Source: Catajapyx aquilonaris
Taxonomy: Eukaryota
Length of the DNA stretch: 46,306 nt
Direction: 5' to 3'
Assembly: GCA_000934665.2 (NCBI GenBank)
Contig: JYFJ02003109.1
Location: 1 to 46,306 of the forward strand
Shown here: positions 12,305 to 23,480 of the stretch, one piece after another
How positions within the stretch are numbered: position 1 is the stretch's first letter
Layout: each line of letters opens with the position of its first letter
The notes under the pieces: model-generated
Told to the model about the DNA's origin: nothing
What the model saw: only the letters and a program-made list of their open reading frames with translations
Database searches by the model: none
Translations under genes and position numbers: made by a program

Positions 12305-15300
12305 TACTGCGCTCTTTGAGTATGTGTATCGAGCAGACGCCGCGCCGGGACGATGGAACTGTCGTAGCTGATATTCGAAATGTACGGTAGAATATGGTAG
12401 GTTATAATTTAACATTTTGATAAATAATTATTTATCAAATGTTAAATTATATAGATATTAGATTATTAATTCTAATTAATTCTCTCGGTTACGAGGCTGC
12501 AGAGATAACATAACACATCTATACAAAATAACTCCCTGGTCCCCAGGAGGTCATCCTGGACGTTTGTCAAAATCATAATGAAACACCCTTTAGTTTATTA
12601 TTATTAGTTATCCGCGTGGGGGCGGGTGGCTTTCATACGGAAATGAGATGACGTTTTTAACGCAAATTCTTCATCCTAAATTTAAACCGCATTAACAAAT
12701 ATTTCCGACCAGAGACGAAATAAGCATGCCAGATCAGAGTTGGTGGGGGTGGCTAAAGTGAGATTTGTCGTCATGTCTGGTCCTCACTAGGGAATTAGTA
12801 GTGTGATAATGTGCCATCATTCCGTTGTGTTGCTTTTTTCAGGAGGTTTTAGGTGTCTAACTAGTTTTTACTTTACGAACGAGCCAATATTACATGCCCT
12901 ATAAACAGCAACTTCCTCGTGCGAAGGATCGCCTTTCTTTTTCCAGATGTGATACTGACTAGGTTGATATTCATGTGCCATATAATACATAGTAGTACGT
13001 CTGATAATAAAACGAACAAAGAATATTGCAATGAGTCCCTGTACGAGAAAAGCAAATCGAAAAATACACACTTGTCTTCATGAGCAAGTGGAAATCAGGC
13101 TCCTCAAGATCTGCACTTATGAGGATGTGAGCTAAATTCTGAAGCACAAGGTATGAACTAAGAATATACCAAATCTCTTTAGGTGCTCTTCAAACCTTAC
13201 TTCAGGCGATTCGAGAAGAAGGAGAGAGTCTGTGTGGAGTTTATAATTATTTGCTCCCTTATCCCGTAACAAATCGTACCCATGATATACGTAGGGCTAC
13301 TCTATCCTGTCAAGCAAAATCGATATGATATCAACGAAATCAATTTCGGCTACAATTTCCGAAAGTGTAACGTACAAACGGGAAACAAAGTCTTATATGG
13401 TGCCTATCTCAACACCTTTCTCTTCATAATAGGTATAAAGATCAATTACGAGGAAAGCAAAGAAAAATTCACACTGACCGGAAATCTTCCCTGTATGAGG
13501 TGGACGCTGCAATTATTATTCTCCCTCAGTTGTGGCTTCGTGCAATTTGTTATACGTAGTTATAGTGTATTGAAGAATACTAGGATGTTTCAATTGAAAT
13601 GACAGTTTTCGTTAGGTATTACTAGAAACTATTCTGCTTACTTTGAAATATTTACTTGTAGCAGGTGTCAAAAAAAATCAAAAAGTGGCTATTTCAATAT
13701 GGAACATCTTGTACTGGTTTTCTAAGTTGGAAACTCCAACTGTGGAACGGGACAAAACGTGATGGATGATTGTTGCAGGTGTCAACTTAGGAAGTGTAAT
13801 TATTTAGTGTTATTTTTTTGTTGGTTTCAGTAGGGTGAATAGCTAAATATGTTGAGAGGAAGACACTAGATGGCTGTCGTAGATGTGTTTCGGTACAAAT
13901 TCCCATCTCAATTTGCATCGAACAAGGTCTACAACAAGAACTCCACCGAAACGGGCAGGCTGACACCGCACTAGCTTTTCCAATTAGCTTAATTTTACGT
14001 TTGGCTGCTATTTGTCAGTTTACTTGCTTTCTGCAGTGCGAAGCACTGGTTCATTGGTTTAACAAAAAAAAGCGCCCTGGTCAGTTATTAATAACATATC
14101 CTATCACAGATATATACAGTATGTACCACGTGCTACATTTGAAAGAGTAGTCTACTATAATCAAAATGCAATTTAAAATAAAGACATAAAATGCAGAATT
14201 ATCACAGTCAAGTCATTTCGAGATATGAAGGTTGAAGTCTTTAAAAAACTATTTTGTAAAAGATGTTGACCACTATAATAATTATGCAGCCCCCTTTTTT
14301 AAATTTTGACCAAAGTGTGACTATTTTTAGGCCCATATAAATCAAGGTTTCATGCTATAGGCTACTGCCTCAACCAGCTACTTTAGGTCTGTCGCGTATT
14401 AGCTCGTAAATCCAGAACAAGTGGTTAATTCATATCATTCACATAACATCCATGACTAGATCTCAATTTATTATCTATCATGAAATCGGGCTCCTTACCC
14501 CAAACATGTCAGTCATGAGACCAACAGTTAATGGTTACTAAAATAAATTGATGTCACAAGTCAGCAGTTTATGTCAGTGTTGCTTTTTCACGCCGAATAC
14601 TGGAAACATTGTTCTGTGACATGTGTTATGGAGGATTCTCTCCTTTGAAGTGCTACCAGATGGAATACAAGCTAATTTCGAAATCTGAGATACGATCATG
14701 ATTCTACAATTATTATTTTATTCTGCAATTTCGTCAGAATATGAGTTACTAATAAAACATACAGGTATTTGTAAGCAGGGATGGAAAAAGAACCGCTTCT
14801 TGGAAGGAAGCGGTTCTTTTTTCCAACCCTGAACATGGAAAAAAGAACCGCTTCCTTCCAAGAAGCGGTTCTTTTTCCATCCCTGTTTGTAAGGCGTCTA
14901 CTGTTTTTGTGCACTTATTTATAGCGCAATATAAAATTCACAATTCCATCTACGAGATGAGCTCGTAGATGTTTGTTGGTTGTGCCAAAGCAACTAAGGC
15001 TATCTGGCAATAGTATAATAGTGGGTTTTCGGTAGTGGGAGGAAACGGGAGAACCCCGAGAAAACCCACGCAAACACTGCGAGAACCCATCGAAACTCTT
15101 TCCACATAAGTGGAGCTCGTAGATGAGCATGAGACTGAGATAGAGATTTTAGTCTTTATTCTGTTTGACAACCCGCTCAAAGCAGATAGTTATGAGCAAA
15201 ACAAGACCAAAGTCAAAATATTATTATACTTACGGATATCGATGATCACCTCTTCAACTAACATGTAGGCATACAATATAATTTCATCCGGCTTTCTTTC

Positions 15301-18300
15301 TTGCAGCTTCCTGTTCCAGATATGGTCACTCCTGCTGGGGAGGTAAGTACTATTTATTACAATATAGTAAATTACAACTATAAATACTTCCAGCACTTAT
15401 TGACGGAAAGTACAGTACAGTATACTGTAGTCTGTAGGATAAAAAATAGTAACAGCGACCCAGATATTTTATGCAACATACAATGATTGGATTAAGGGCC
15501 GGTTTCACCAAGCCCGGTTTAGGAAAATCCCTGCAAATAGAATAGGGATTTTCCGAAAGAACCGAGGTTTTATCACACCCGGGCTTGGTGAAACCGGCCC
15601 TAAGACGGACTGTTATAATATGAAATAAGATGCATAAGCCTATACCTTCTTCTAAGAAACAAGGTGCTACATGTAGTCATCGGGTTGCTATGCACATTTG
15701 AACACTGCGGTACTTTCCAATTTACCGAGAGGAAAATATGACAACCACCATCGAGAGCAGTGATTGCACAAGTAATAATTTGAAATGACAATAGTTTTTA
15801 CAAAAGCTTAGAACAATATATGGTGTTCGAATATGGATAACAGCTTGTTCAGCGCATCATTGACATGTTGTCGATGATGCATCTCATGAATAAGCCATAT
15901 TTAATTTGGAGACCAAAGTTCTAATATTAAAATATCGAATTTTTGGAATAGTTACGGAAAAATACAGCTACGACGTGGGTGTAGTCAGACTACTCCGGTC
16001 AAAATGTTCCCCACTTCTCTAAGAGCCTCTGAATGAGCCACTGCCCCATATAATCATTACCCAATATTACACATGCATTATAGTGACTGACAAGTGTAAT
16101 ATAATTATATGGTGGCGGTGATATGTTCACTGATGCTTTGTAAATCACTACCTTTAGGACCATTGGATCTCAGTTATTTATTGTTAAATTTTGTTTGATC
16201 CGTAAATTGAGTTAATTTTCACAAGTCACCATTCAACATGCACAAATCATGTTACAATAATAACGGGTACTCGGGAATGAAGGCCGCCACCACCTTTTCC
16301 CCCCTTGGAGGTTTTAATCACGTATGGAAATAATGTTCTTGCAAATTATGTTTTGGCTTTGTTTGACAAAAATGTAGGTGGAGTTAGTTAATTAAGAGAG
16401 GTGATCAATAATTTATGTTAGAGTTTGTGTACATGTACAGTAGGCTACAGTTCAGTACTTCATTTTGATTCTACTTGTATGTAGGCTACTAGTACATAAT
16501 GTACTGTACATTCACATAATTTATCTAGTGATAGTCCTTTGGATATAGTCCGATATTTTGCTTGGATTGTCATTTTTAAGGCTTCCCTGGATGATTTTTA
16601 ACAGGGATTGCGATGTTGCATACACTGTATAAATTTGCACTATTATTTTCAATGCTTACGTCACTTGGTTCGTCACTAACTACCAATTTTATAGGGTTGT
16701 TTGGTTATATTCTTCTTGCTGCTGTCGTTTTAATTTCCATCCACCTACTTTTTGTCGCCGATAAAGAAAATTTCCTATTCCACTGAATATACTAAACGGG
16801 TTCGTATCAGTTGAGAAAAGCTATGCGAGAGCCACGAGAGTCAATAACCCAATGGCGACTATACTCATGCTTGAGTCTGTTCTTTCTCTTGAATAGGATC
16901 CTCAGCCAGATTGGGGGAGATTGACCTGGTGGTCTCGCCTCAGACTCTCTTTTTTGAAATCCCAACCAAGGCGGTGAGGCATGAGATGCATTTTATGTGG
17001 CGACGAATTAGAGCTGGCGCCTGAAATCAACAGGTTTATGTCTCTTTCGGACAATATGTATCCTTTTAGTACCCCATTCGGCTTCCGTCATGGATCACCC
17101 TTCTCTAGATTACTGAACCCCACGACCACACACAGACTGACTCCGATAACGTCAAACTATAGACATTGTACCCAATTTTATTGCTCACCCCCCTCTCTCT
17201 TCACATTTGAGCCTAACGAAACTTACACAAAAACTAATCGAAGTAGGTCTATGCACATCTTTGTACTTGGAGAGTACTACCGTAGTACTAGTAGCTACAA
17301 TTGTACGACACGAGTATTTTTTATTTAAGAAATTCTGAAAAATTTCTTCATCTTGTGCTCCAAAACTTTGACTGCATACAACTTTAAAGGTTTGATCGTG
17401 GAATGTGTCCCCCAAACTCTCAGTAGCTCAGTGGTAGAGCACATGCTTCCCAAGTGGAACACACGGTCCTGGGTTCGATTCCCAGCGGGGAGTTGGAAGT
17501 CCAATCCTAGCTCAAACTTGCCGCGGTTTATTCATATTTGAAATTAGTAGGCCTATGGGGCGCAGGTTGTCCAATAGCTCAAACCAAGACCCACCCCCTC
17601 AGCAACATATCGGCGCATCACAATGTCAATTGCACCAACTAATAGCAATGAGATTTCAGCACAAATACTATAATGAAGTGTTCCCAATTGACTGCCGATG
17701 CAACATGTCATTGGTTTTCAGCTCACGGGAAACGCAGTGGAGGCAGCTTAGACGCCCCAGCACCGTCACGTCTGGAAAAACTCTTCGACGACGAACCCCG
17801 ATCTGCCATTACTACCGACACTGACGAGAGGATTGAAGACCCTGACACCGACCGGCTTGTGGATGACAGGTAAGTAACTTTGCTATGTCAATATGTGGGG
17901 AGAGTTGGGGAGAGAGTCAGGGTAAGCGCAGTTACCTGAATAACCTACCTTCATTATTTATGCGGGTTGCACGACTCAGTGATCTACTCAGGATTGAAAG
18001 GATGCTACTCATTGTTTAATTGTGACCAGAAGTTAATTACGTCCGTTACCTTTTGATTCGATTACCTTCCTTGGCTGGTGCAACCTGGCCTATGAGCTGC
18101 ACAACTGCCCATATGCCCATATATGAAACATAAGTAACAAACAGTGCTGGTGTTATCTAAGGGCTTTTACACTCGCATGATTGTAGCTTCTTTTTCAAAA
18201 CTCTCCCTGCTCAACTAATGTTTTCATCTAACAGTAGATGGTTGGTTCCAGCTGTCAATTAATGACCATTAGACATAAAATTTACTGATTGCAATTCCAC

Positions 18301-19099
18301 ACATCACTTTCCATAATTAGACTACAGGTTACAAAGTTTATTTTTTAAACAATCTATTTTGGCTAATTTACATCTGAATAGCCGAAAACCTGACAGCAAC
18401 AGGTTCAAATTGTGTCTTTTGCCATTCACACTATGTGCGCAAGTTAGGTTTCATTTTAATCATAACGCGTTAGTGTAGCAATGCGAAAGTAGCCCTAATT
18501 TTATTACAGTATCATTTGCATGAACCATATTAGTCACTTCTCATGAAAGCTGGACTAACCACGCAACAAGGCTAGTCCATTATGTTCTGTAATGACATTA
18601 ATATTGGAAAGCTACAGTACATCGGAACCTTCGTCCACGTGACGTCAAAATCCCCTCGATTTCTTTACAATAAACAATATTTCCAACTGGATTACCAGCC
18701 CCAAGTGTATTCCACTGAAAAATAATATTTTGTCATTGAAGGGTTTTCTGATTTTCTTTTCAGCCCTGGAATGAAGTTTCCTAGTGGTCGTCAATCGTCT
18801 GACTGGGCTACTGATTACCTGTTGCTTGCCATCCCACCAGAGGTTACAAGGCAAGGCAGAAAAGACAACAATTCCAAGTCGAAATTCTCGCCCACCAACC
18901 GGAATACTCTTTATAACATTTTGGTAATGGCATCCTAAAATTATCATAAAGCGGAATATTAATATTTATTGCTAAAGTGTGTTCAACCTCAAACTTTTTC
19001 GGAAGAAATTAAGTTTGCTGTCGATGTCGTGGAGTATATTCCACCGAACATGACGTTTTAATCGATTTTGATATAATTAATTTTCCTCTATTTATAGTC

Positions 19100-19180
<81 letters not shown>

Positions 19181-19269
19181 CTTGCTTGCAGGCAGTTCCA
19201 TATGGACAGACAGACGAAGATGATTTCTTCCGTAACGCTGCACAAGACGACGACTCTGGAGACAAATAG
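4853..19269 (+). CDS. CCHa1: CCHamide-1 prepropeptide, join(4853..4916,15307..15342,17722..17869,18764..18923,19192..19269), 161 aa
   Basis: Five GT-AG-bounded, phase-compatible exons (intron phases 1,1,2,0; 486 nt) give MSSFLMIFYGCLFCSMLHNTAA-SCSRYGHSCWGAH-GKR-SGGSLDAPAPSRLEKLFDDEPR...DDFFRNAAQDDDSGDK*. The architecture is signal peptide, two-Cys peptide ending in His, GKR amidation/cleavage site, acidic propeptide. The peptide resembles insect CCHa1 (SCLxYGHSCWGAH). Confidence 0.9.
7049..7473. mobile_element. Tc1/mariner-type MITE
   Basis: About 90-nt inverted repeats starting (C/A)AGGGTGTATCTGAA, flanked by TA on both sides. Confidence 0.8.
9323..9436. mobile_element. PIF/Harbinger (Tourist-like) MITE, copy 1
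   Basis: TIR GGCCGGTTTCACCGAG; TAA target duplication; homologous to 15496..15600. Confidence 0.75.
11968..12304 (+). mobile_element. Full-length tRNA-derived SINE, family C, with V-domain-like core
   Basis: A-box TGGCCGAGTGG, B-box-like AGCTCGATCCC, core CCGTGTTCGCGTGGGTTTTCTCGGGGTTCTCCCGTTTCCTCCCAC, (TAT)n tail; 16-nt TSD TACTGCGCTCTTTGAG at 11952-11967 and 12305-12320. Confidence 0.88.
14776..14885. mobile_element. hAT-type MITE (110 bp, palindromic)
   Basis: Termini CAGGGATGG/CCATCCCTG; about 50-nt perfect arms; exact 8-nt TSD TTTGTAAG (14768-14775, 14886-14893). Confidence 0.88.
14972..15112 (-). mobile_element. 5'-truncated family C SINE
   Basis: Reverse-complement match to about 12050-12135; 13-nt direct repeat GAGCTCGTAGATG at 14959-14971 and 15113-15125. 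Confidence 0.75.
15307..15342 (+). CDS. CCHa1: CCHa1 coding exon 2 (36-nt microexon, (A)SCSRYGHSCWG(A))
   Basis: Acceptor gctttctttcttgcag|, donor G|gtaagt; encodes the CCHamide core with both cysteines. Confidence 0.93.
15496..15600. mobile_element. PIF/Harbinger (Tourist-like) MITE, copy 2
   Basis: TIR GGGCCGGTTTCACCAAGCCCGG; TAA on both sides. Confidence 0.82.
17419..17490 (+). mobile_element. tRNA-like SINE head or tRNA pseudogene, family D
   Basis: GTAGCTCAGTGGTAGAGCAC (A box) and GGTTCGATTCCC (B box); anticodon arm irregular; related to 29561..29622. Confidence 0.55.
17722..17869 (+). CDS. CCHa1: CCHa1 coding exon 3 ((A)HGKR plus propeptide)
   Basis: Acceptor ttggttttcag|, donor AG|gtaagt; HGKR completes the peptide begun in exon 2; lies within ORF 17673..17873. 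Confidence 0.92.
18764..18923 (+). CDS. CCHa1: CCHa1 coding exon 4 (propeptide)
   Basis: Strong acceptor ctgattttcttttcag|; open from the phase-2 entry (SPGMKFPSGRQSSDWATDYLL...LYNIL); donor TTG|gtaatg, phase 0. Confidence 0.68.
19100..19178. repeat. (TAA)n microsatellite
   Basis: About 26 perfect units, read directly. Confidence 0.97.
19192..19269 (+). CDS. CCHa1: CCHa1 terminal coding exon (AVPYGQTDEDDFFRNAAQDDDSGDK*)
   Basis: Acceptor ctcttgcttgcag|; more GC-rich island in AT-rich surroundings; acidic tail typical of neuropeptide propeptides; TAG stop. Confidence 0.68.
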   Translation, partial: AVPYGQTDEDDFFRNAAQDDDSGDK

Positions 19270-19397
19270 GCGAGCAAATAAGCCTGATAAATCTTGGCCC
19301 GCATAAAACATTATTATGAGTAGATTATACAGTACTACATTACACTGCATTTCTGGTTTTTCTTAATTCTGTCGGCAAATATTATTATTAATTTATA

Positions 19398-19674
19398 CAG
19401 GAAGTACTCGTTTTACGCCGCTCCATTTTACGCCGTTTTACATTAACGCCCGTTTTAAAATTACTTATTACATTTGAAATTATTGTTTATCGCATTTTTA
19501 AACTTTTTTTGAAGATAACAGCACAATCTAAACATAAACACACATGGATTTTTTTTGGAAATTTTGGAACCTAATCTCGTATACTTATATTATAATATTG
19601 TCTCGTTTTACGACGATTCACTTTACACCGCGTTTTGCTGGAACCAATTAGCGGCGTAAAACGGGTACTTCCTG
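19398..19674. mobile_element. TA-flanked MITE (pogo/Tigger-like)
   Basis: TIR CAGGAAGTACTCGTTTTACGCCGCT / AGCGGCGTAAAACGGGTACTTCCTG; TA on both sides; internal TTTTACGCC repeats. Confidence 0.8.
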
Positions 19675-21675
19675 TATTTATCATTTATTTATTTGATATC
19701 TGTCATACTTACTTGATTTTGAATCCAAGAAATGGGTTATCTTCTTTGACGACGAAAGAACGTGCATGGAATGGATAACAGTAGTGACAACTATTTTGCA
19801 ATTATTTTAAAAATAATCATTTCAGAAGATGGTTGTTACATTGAACAGAATTGCATGACGCACTGTTCCAAAGAGTTAGGTGCATCCAAGTAGAGGTGAC
19901 GAAAGCAAGGTTTGGGTGTGATAGCGCAAACGGACCACCAATCAATATACTAGTTATCCTTTGAACTTGCATGAGCCATTGGGGCAGTAAAATAACCTAG
20001 GATTACAAGACGAGAGGCTAAACAATTTTACACAACAATGTGGAAGGTATATAACTCTGACTAATAATGAGCCTACTGTCTAGGGTTTTTTCTGTTGATA
20101 TCGGGTTTTGAGGCATCACAGGTTGAAAATTGCCACAAAACACGCTCAAGGTGTTCGGTATTTTTGATATTACTTCATCTTCATTCAATATTCCTAATGC
20201 TACTAATAATAATCTGCTACTTGTATAGTATTTGGCGCGCCTTTTAAAATGTAATTACACCGTATGTCGGAATAACTGATAATAACAGTGTGCACTTGTG
20301 CTGCCGTTCAATAATACAGTTGTGAAATCTGAAATGCACCACACGCAGAACTTTGACTTCTTAGGTATTTACAGCATTTTGCTTATTCGCAGTGCTTAAC
20401 CAGTTGGTATTATTATTACTCCATGGCAGTCATCTACCTCATAAGATTAGGTAGGTATGATTTTGCATGTTTTTCTATGGCTGTTAGGTTCGGTAGGTTA
20501 CGTTAGGTTAGGCTATGAGTATATGCTGATAATATTCTTCATAACGTGGAGAGTGAATGGTTTTGCTTGTATGTAAGTGAATTTTATGCGCCAGATCTTG
20601 CAAGCCTCTTTTGTCGCTTCTCCCCCGGATGCCACTTACGACATTACGTATTTATATAGATCATCCTGCTAGTCTAGCCATGGACTTTGCCAACAGAAAA
20701 TCGTGTCGGGCCACTTCGTTTTTCTAAATAAAGAATAAGCTAGTTTCCACTACTTGTTATCCAGTCACAGATCACTGTCTCACATGCAGAATTTATTTAA
20801 GAACAATAACCCTGACTTTACAGCATTAGTACACTTCATAATATCGATGGTGGATGTTTACACAATATGACTTATTCAAAATGATATTCATTTTAAATTC
20901 ATTCTCATTTTGTCAAAAAAAAAAACATTATTTTGGTCCCATATCCCTCGTAATATTATATAACTACTACATTTGGAAATGGCTGCCTTAGAGTGTGTTA
21001 ATAACCTTGTATCAACTATTCCAAGTCTTAAAGCTGGTGAATAACAATGTTAGATTCAACCCAGCGATAAATACAAAGACTTACCCATTGTGAACGATAC
21101 TCATCAGCCAAGTCTTACAATCATTATAATTTCTCTCCCTCTTCCCCACTTGATCTTTCTCCCACCAGAAACTACAGAAAACTACCCGTCCCTTCCAATA
21201 TTGTCTGTCTTGTCTATTAAGCTTGTAAAACACTCAAATTGATAAATAAAGATTGTGGATATGAGGCCACTGAAAAAAAATCCATGCGCAGTCGGTGATT
21301 CCTTTCTGTTCAATTGTTGAGGTAAATGCAATAATATTCAATAATCATGTCGCGTGCAAGTTGCGTTTCAATTCTATCTACCTGAATGAATACAAATCCT
21401 GAAAATGCACACCCAACATCCCTACATAGAGAAAATAGACCGCATGTTTCGGAACTGAGCTCACATCCGATTCCGTAAAAATCTCGTGAACGCAAACTCT
21501 CAACTGTGACAGTAACTTCCACACACCATCATCGTGTCAAAAGGTTCAGGTAAGGCGAGCACAGATACCGTATGTAGCTTTTGTAACAGTTGACGTCATT
21601 TTGATTTTTCTGGTAGGCCTACTGTACGTAGCGCCGCGCCGGCTGAATTGCTGATACCTGGCAGTGATGTGGCAC

Positions 21676-21679
<4 letters not shown>

Positions 21680-21751
<72 letters not shown>
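21680..21751. repeat. (GA)n microsatellite
   Basis: About 36 perfect units. Confidence 0.97.
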
Positions 21752-21753
<2 letters not shown>

Positions 21754-21820
21754 TGGAATGAACACTAACAGTAAGATGAATCACAAGACCTTTCCATAAT
21801 AATAATAGTCAGGACGTTAA

Positions 21821-22263
21821 GGGACGAAACTGTGCATTTGGTGAGGGCAGCATGAAATTGGGTAGAAATGTCCTTGGGACCATACTCTTCAAATTCGGAT
21901 ATGGCGCCACACCCGTTTTGGCCCCGGAGGCTCGTAATTGCGGGTTGGCTACCTTGAAGTAAGTGAAAAGTCTTTTTCTGAGCGAACTATGCTTCTCAGG
22001 CGGAGATGTGCCAAACAAAGGTGGTAGAGAAACATGTATTCTACAAAAAGTATAGGGTACCTTTTCCACGTACAGTCCGTATTTTCGGAACTACAGCGAC
22101 TTGAAAAAGACTTTTCCCTCGCTGAAGGGTAGCCAACCGACAATTACGGGCATTCGGAGCAAAAATGGGTGTGGCGCCATATCTGAATTTGAAGAGTATG
22201 GTCATTTCTACCCAATTTCATGCTTTTGTCACCACAGTGCACGGTTTACCCTTTTTTCGTCCC
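21821..22263. mobile_element. TTAA-flanked foldback element (Kolobok-like termini)
   Basis: TTAA|GGGACGAAA ... TTTCGTCCC|TTAA with about 160-nt imperfect arms. RR...YY termini plus TTAA fit Kolobok rather than piggyBac (CCC...GGG). Confidence 0.7.
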
Positions 22264-22347
22264 TTAATTCCATGACTATTTTATGTTCAAGTCCCTGTAG
22301 CTCTGAAAATAAGGGCTGTACGTGGAAAAGGTACAGGAATTATTCTT

Positions 22348-22462
22348 TGGGGACCGTGGGAAACCACAGAAACCACGTTCAGGGTCGCCGGCCCTGGGAT
22401 TCGAACCCAGGACCTCCCGATTAGCCGGCGGACTCCCTATCCACTACACCAACCTGCTTCGG
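22348..22462 (-). mobile_element. tRNA-derived SINE, family A (3' part missing)
   Basis: CCGAAGCAGGTTGGTGTAGTGG...GGTTCGAATCCC; homologous to the copies at 30438 and 43583. Confidence 0.75.
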
Positions 22463-23480
22463 TTAAGACGCCTAATAGTAAGCAGAGACCACCTTATGAT
22501 CGAGAAATGACTCACCTCTTGTGACGAATATTGTTTTGGCTGCCCTCTGCATGTTTGCTCCCCCACGGGCGGGTTTTTGTGTTGATCCATGTTCTGAGAT
22601 GAGCAAGAGTTCGAAAATGCCAGTTCCGAGCTACAGGCTCCTTTGTCGAGTGAGCATTAGGCTACATTATTAGTATACAGGGTGTTTCAGAGTCGCGGGT
22701 CAAGCGTGCGTGAGGGGGTGGGGAAAAATCGTAGGTGGCGATAACCCCGGTGTGTTTTATAAAACAATTAGAAATACGGCAGTAATCAATTTATTTATTA
22801 CGGCCGTACGGCGTGACGTCACATCCTTTCTGTTCGAATTGACTGGCGCGGACTGGCAGGTGCAGCATGGGTTGAACCTGGTTGAACGGCTTTTTAGCCT
22901 TGCGGGTTGCACTGAAAAAGGCGCTCTCCTGCTATACCGGCAGGGTACTGTACACCCTACTGTACAGTAGTACACTATACACACAGGCTATGTGTGCCAA
23001 GGACATTCTGTGATTTGGGAGGGAAGTGCAAGGTGGCGGGCATATTTGGGAGGAAAAAGGCAGAAAGGCGAGAAAGGATAATGTACTATTTTCGCCAAAA
23101 TATTAATAATACAATGTCTGTACTTTGCTGTTGGACCCTTTCGCAAAAGACTTGAAATATTTGCGAAAAATGTTAATGAATTTGGAGACAAAATGTCTCC
23201 ACGTCACCACCGGAGGAAGAACTATTTGAAGGTCACCAGCCGAAGTTTAAGGGTCAAAACATGTGACCTTTCATACAGCCATACCTGTAGGGGTGTGGCG
23301 GGCAGTAGGAATGTTTCTCGAAATATGCGAAATTTACCCGGGATATTCCTCTGTTTCTGAACAAAAGAGCTAATGACTCTAAAAATTACGTAAAAATAGA
23401 AACAGAATAATTATTATATATTATATAATATATTATTATATATAGCTAATTTTATCGATTTTCTGATAATTTAATGATAA

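Noticed and set aside
17419..17490. Functional tRNA gene
   Set aside because: A/B boxes are present but the anticodon arm and acceptor stem are irregular, and a related deleted copy exists at 29561-29622. A SINE head or pseudogene fits better.
19092..19350. Poly-Tyr and poly-Leu ORFs on the - strand
   Set aside because: Artefacts of the (TAA)n microsatellite, antisense to the last CCHa1 exon.
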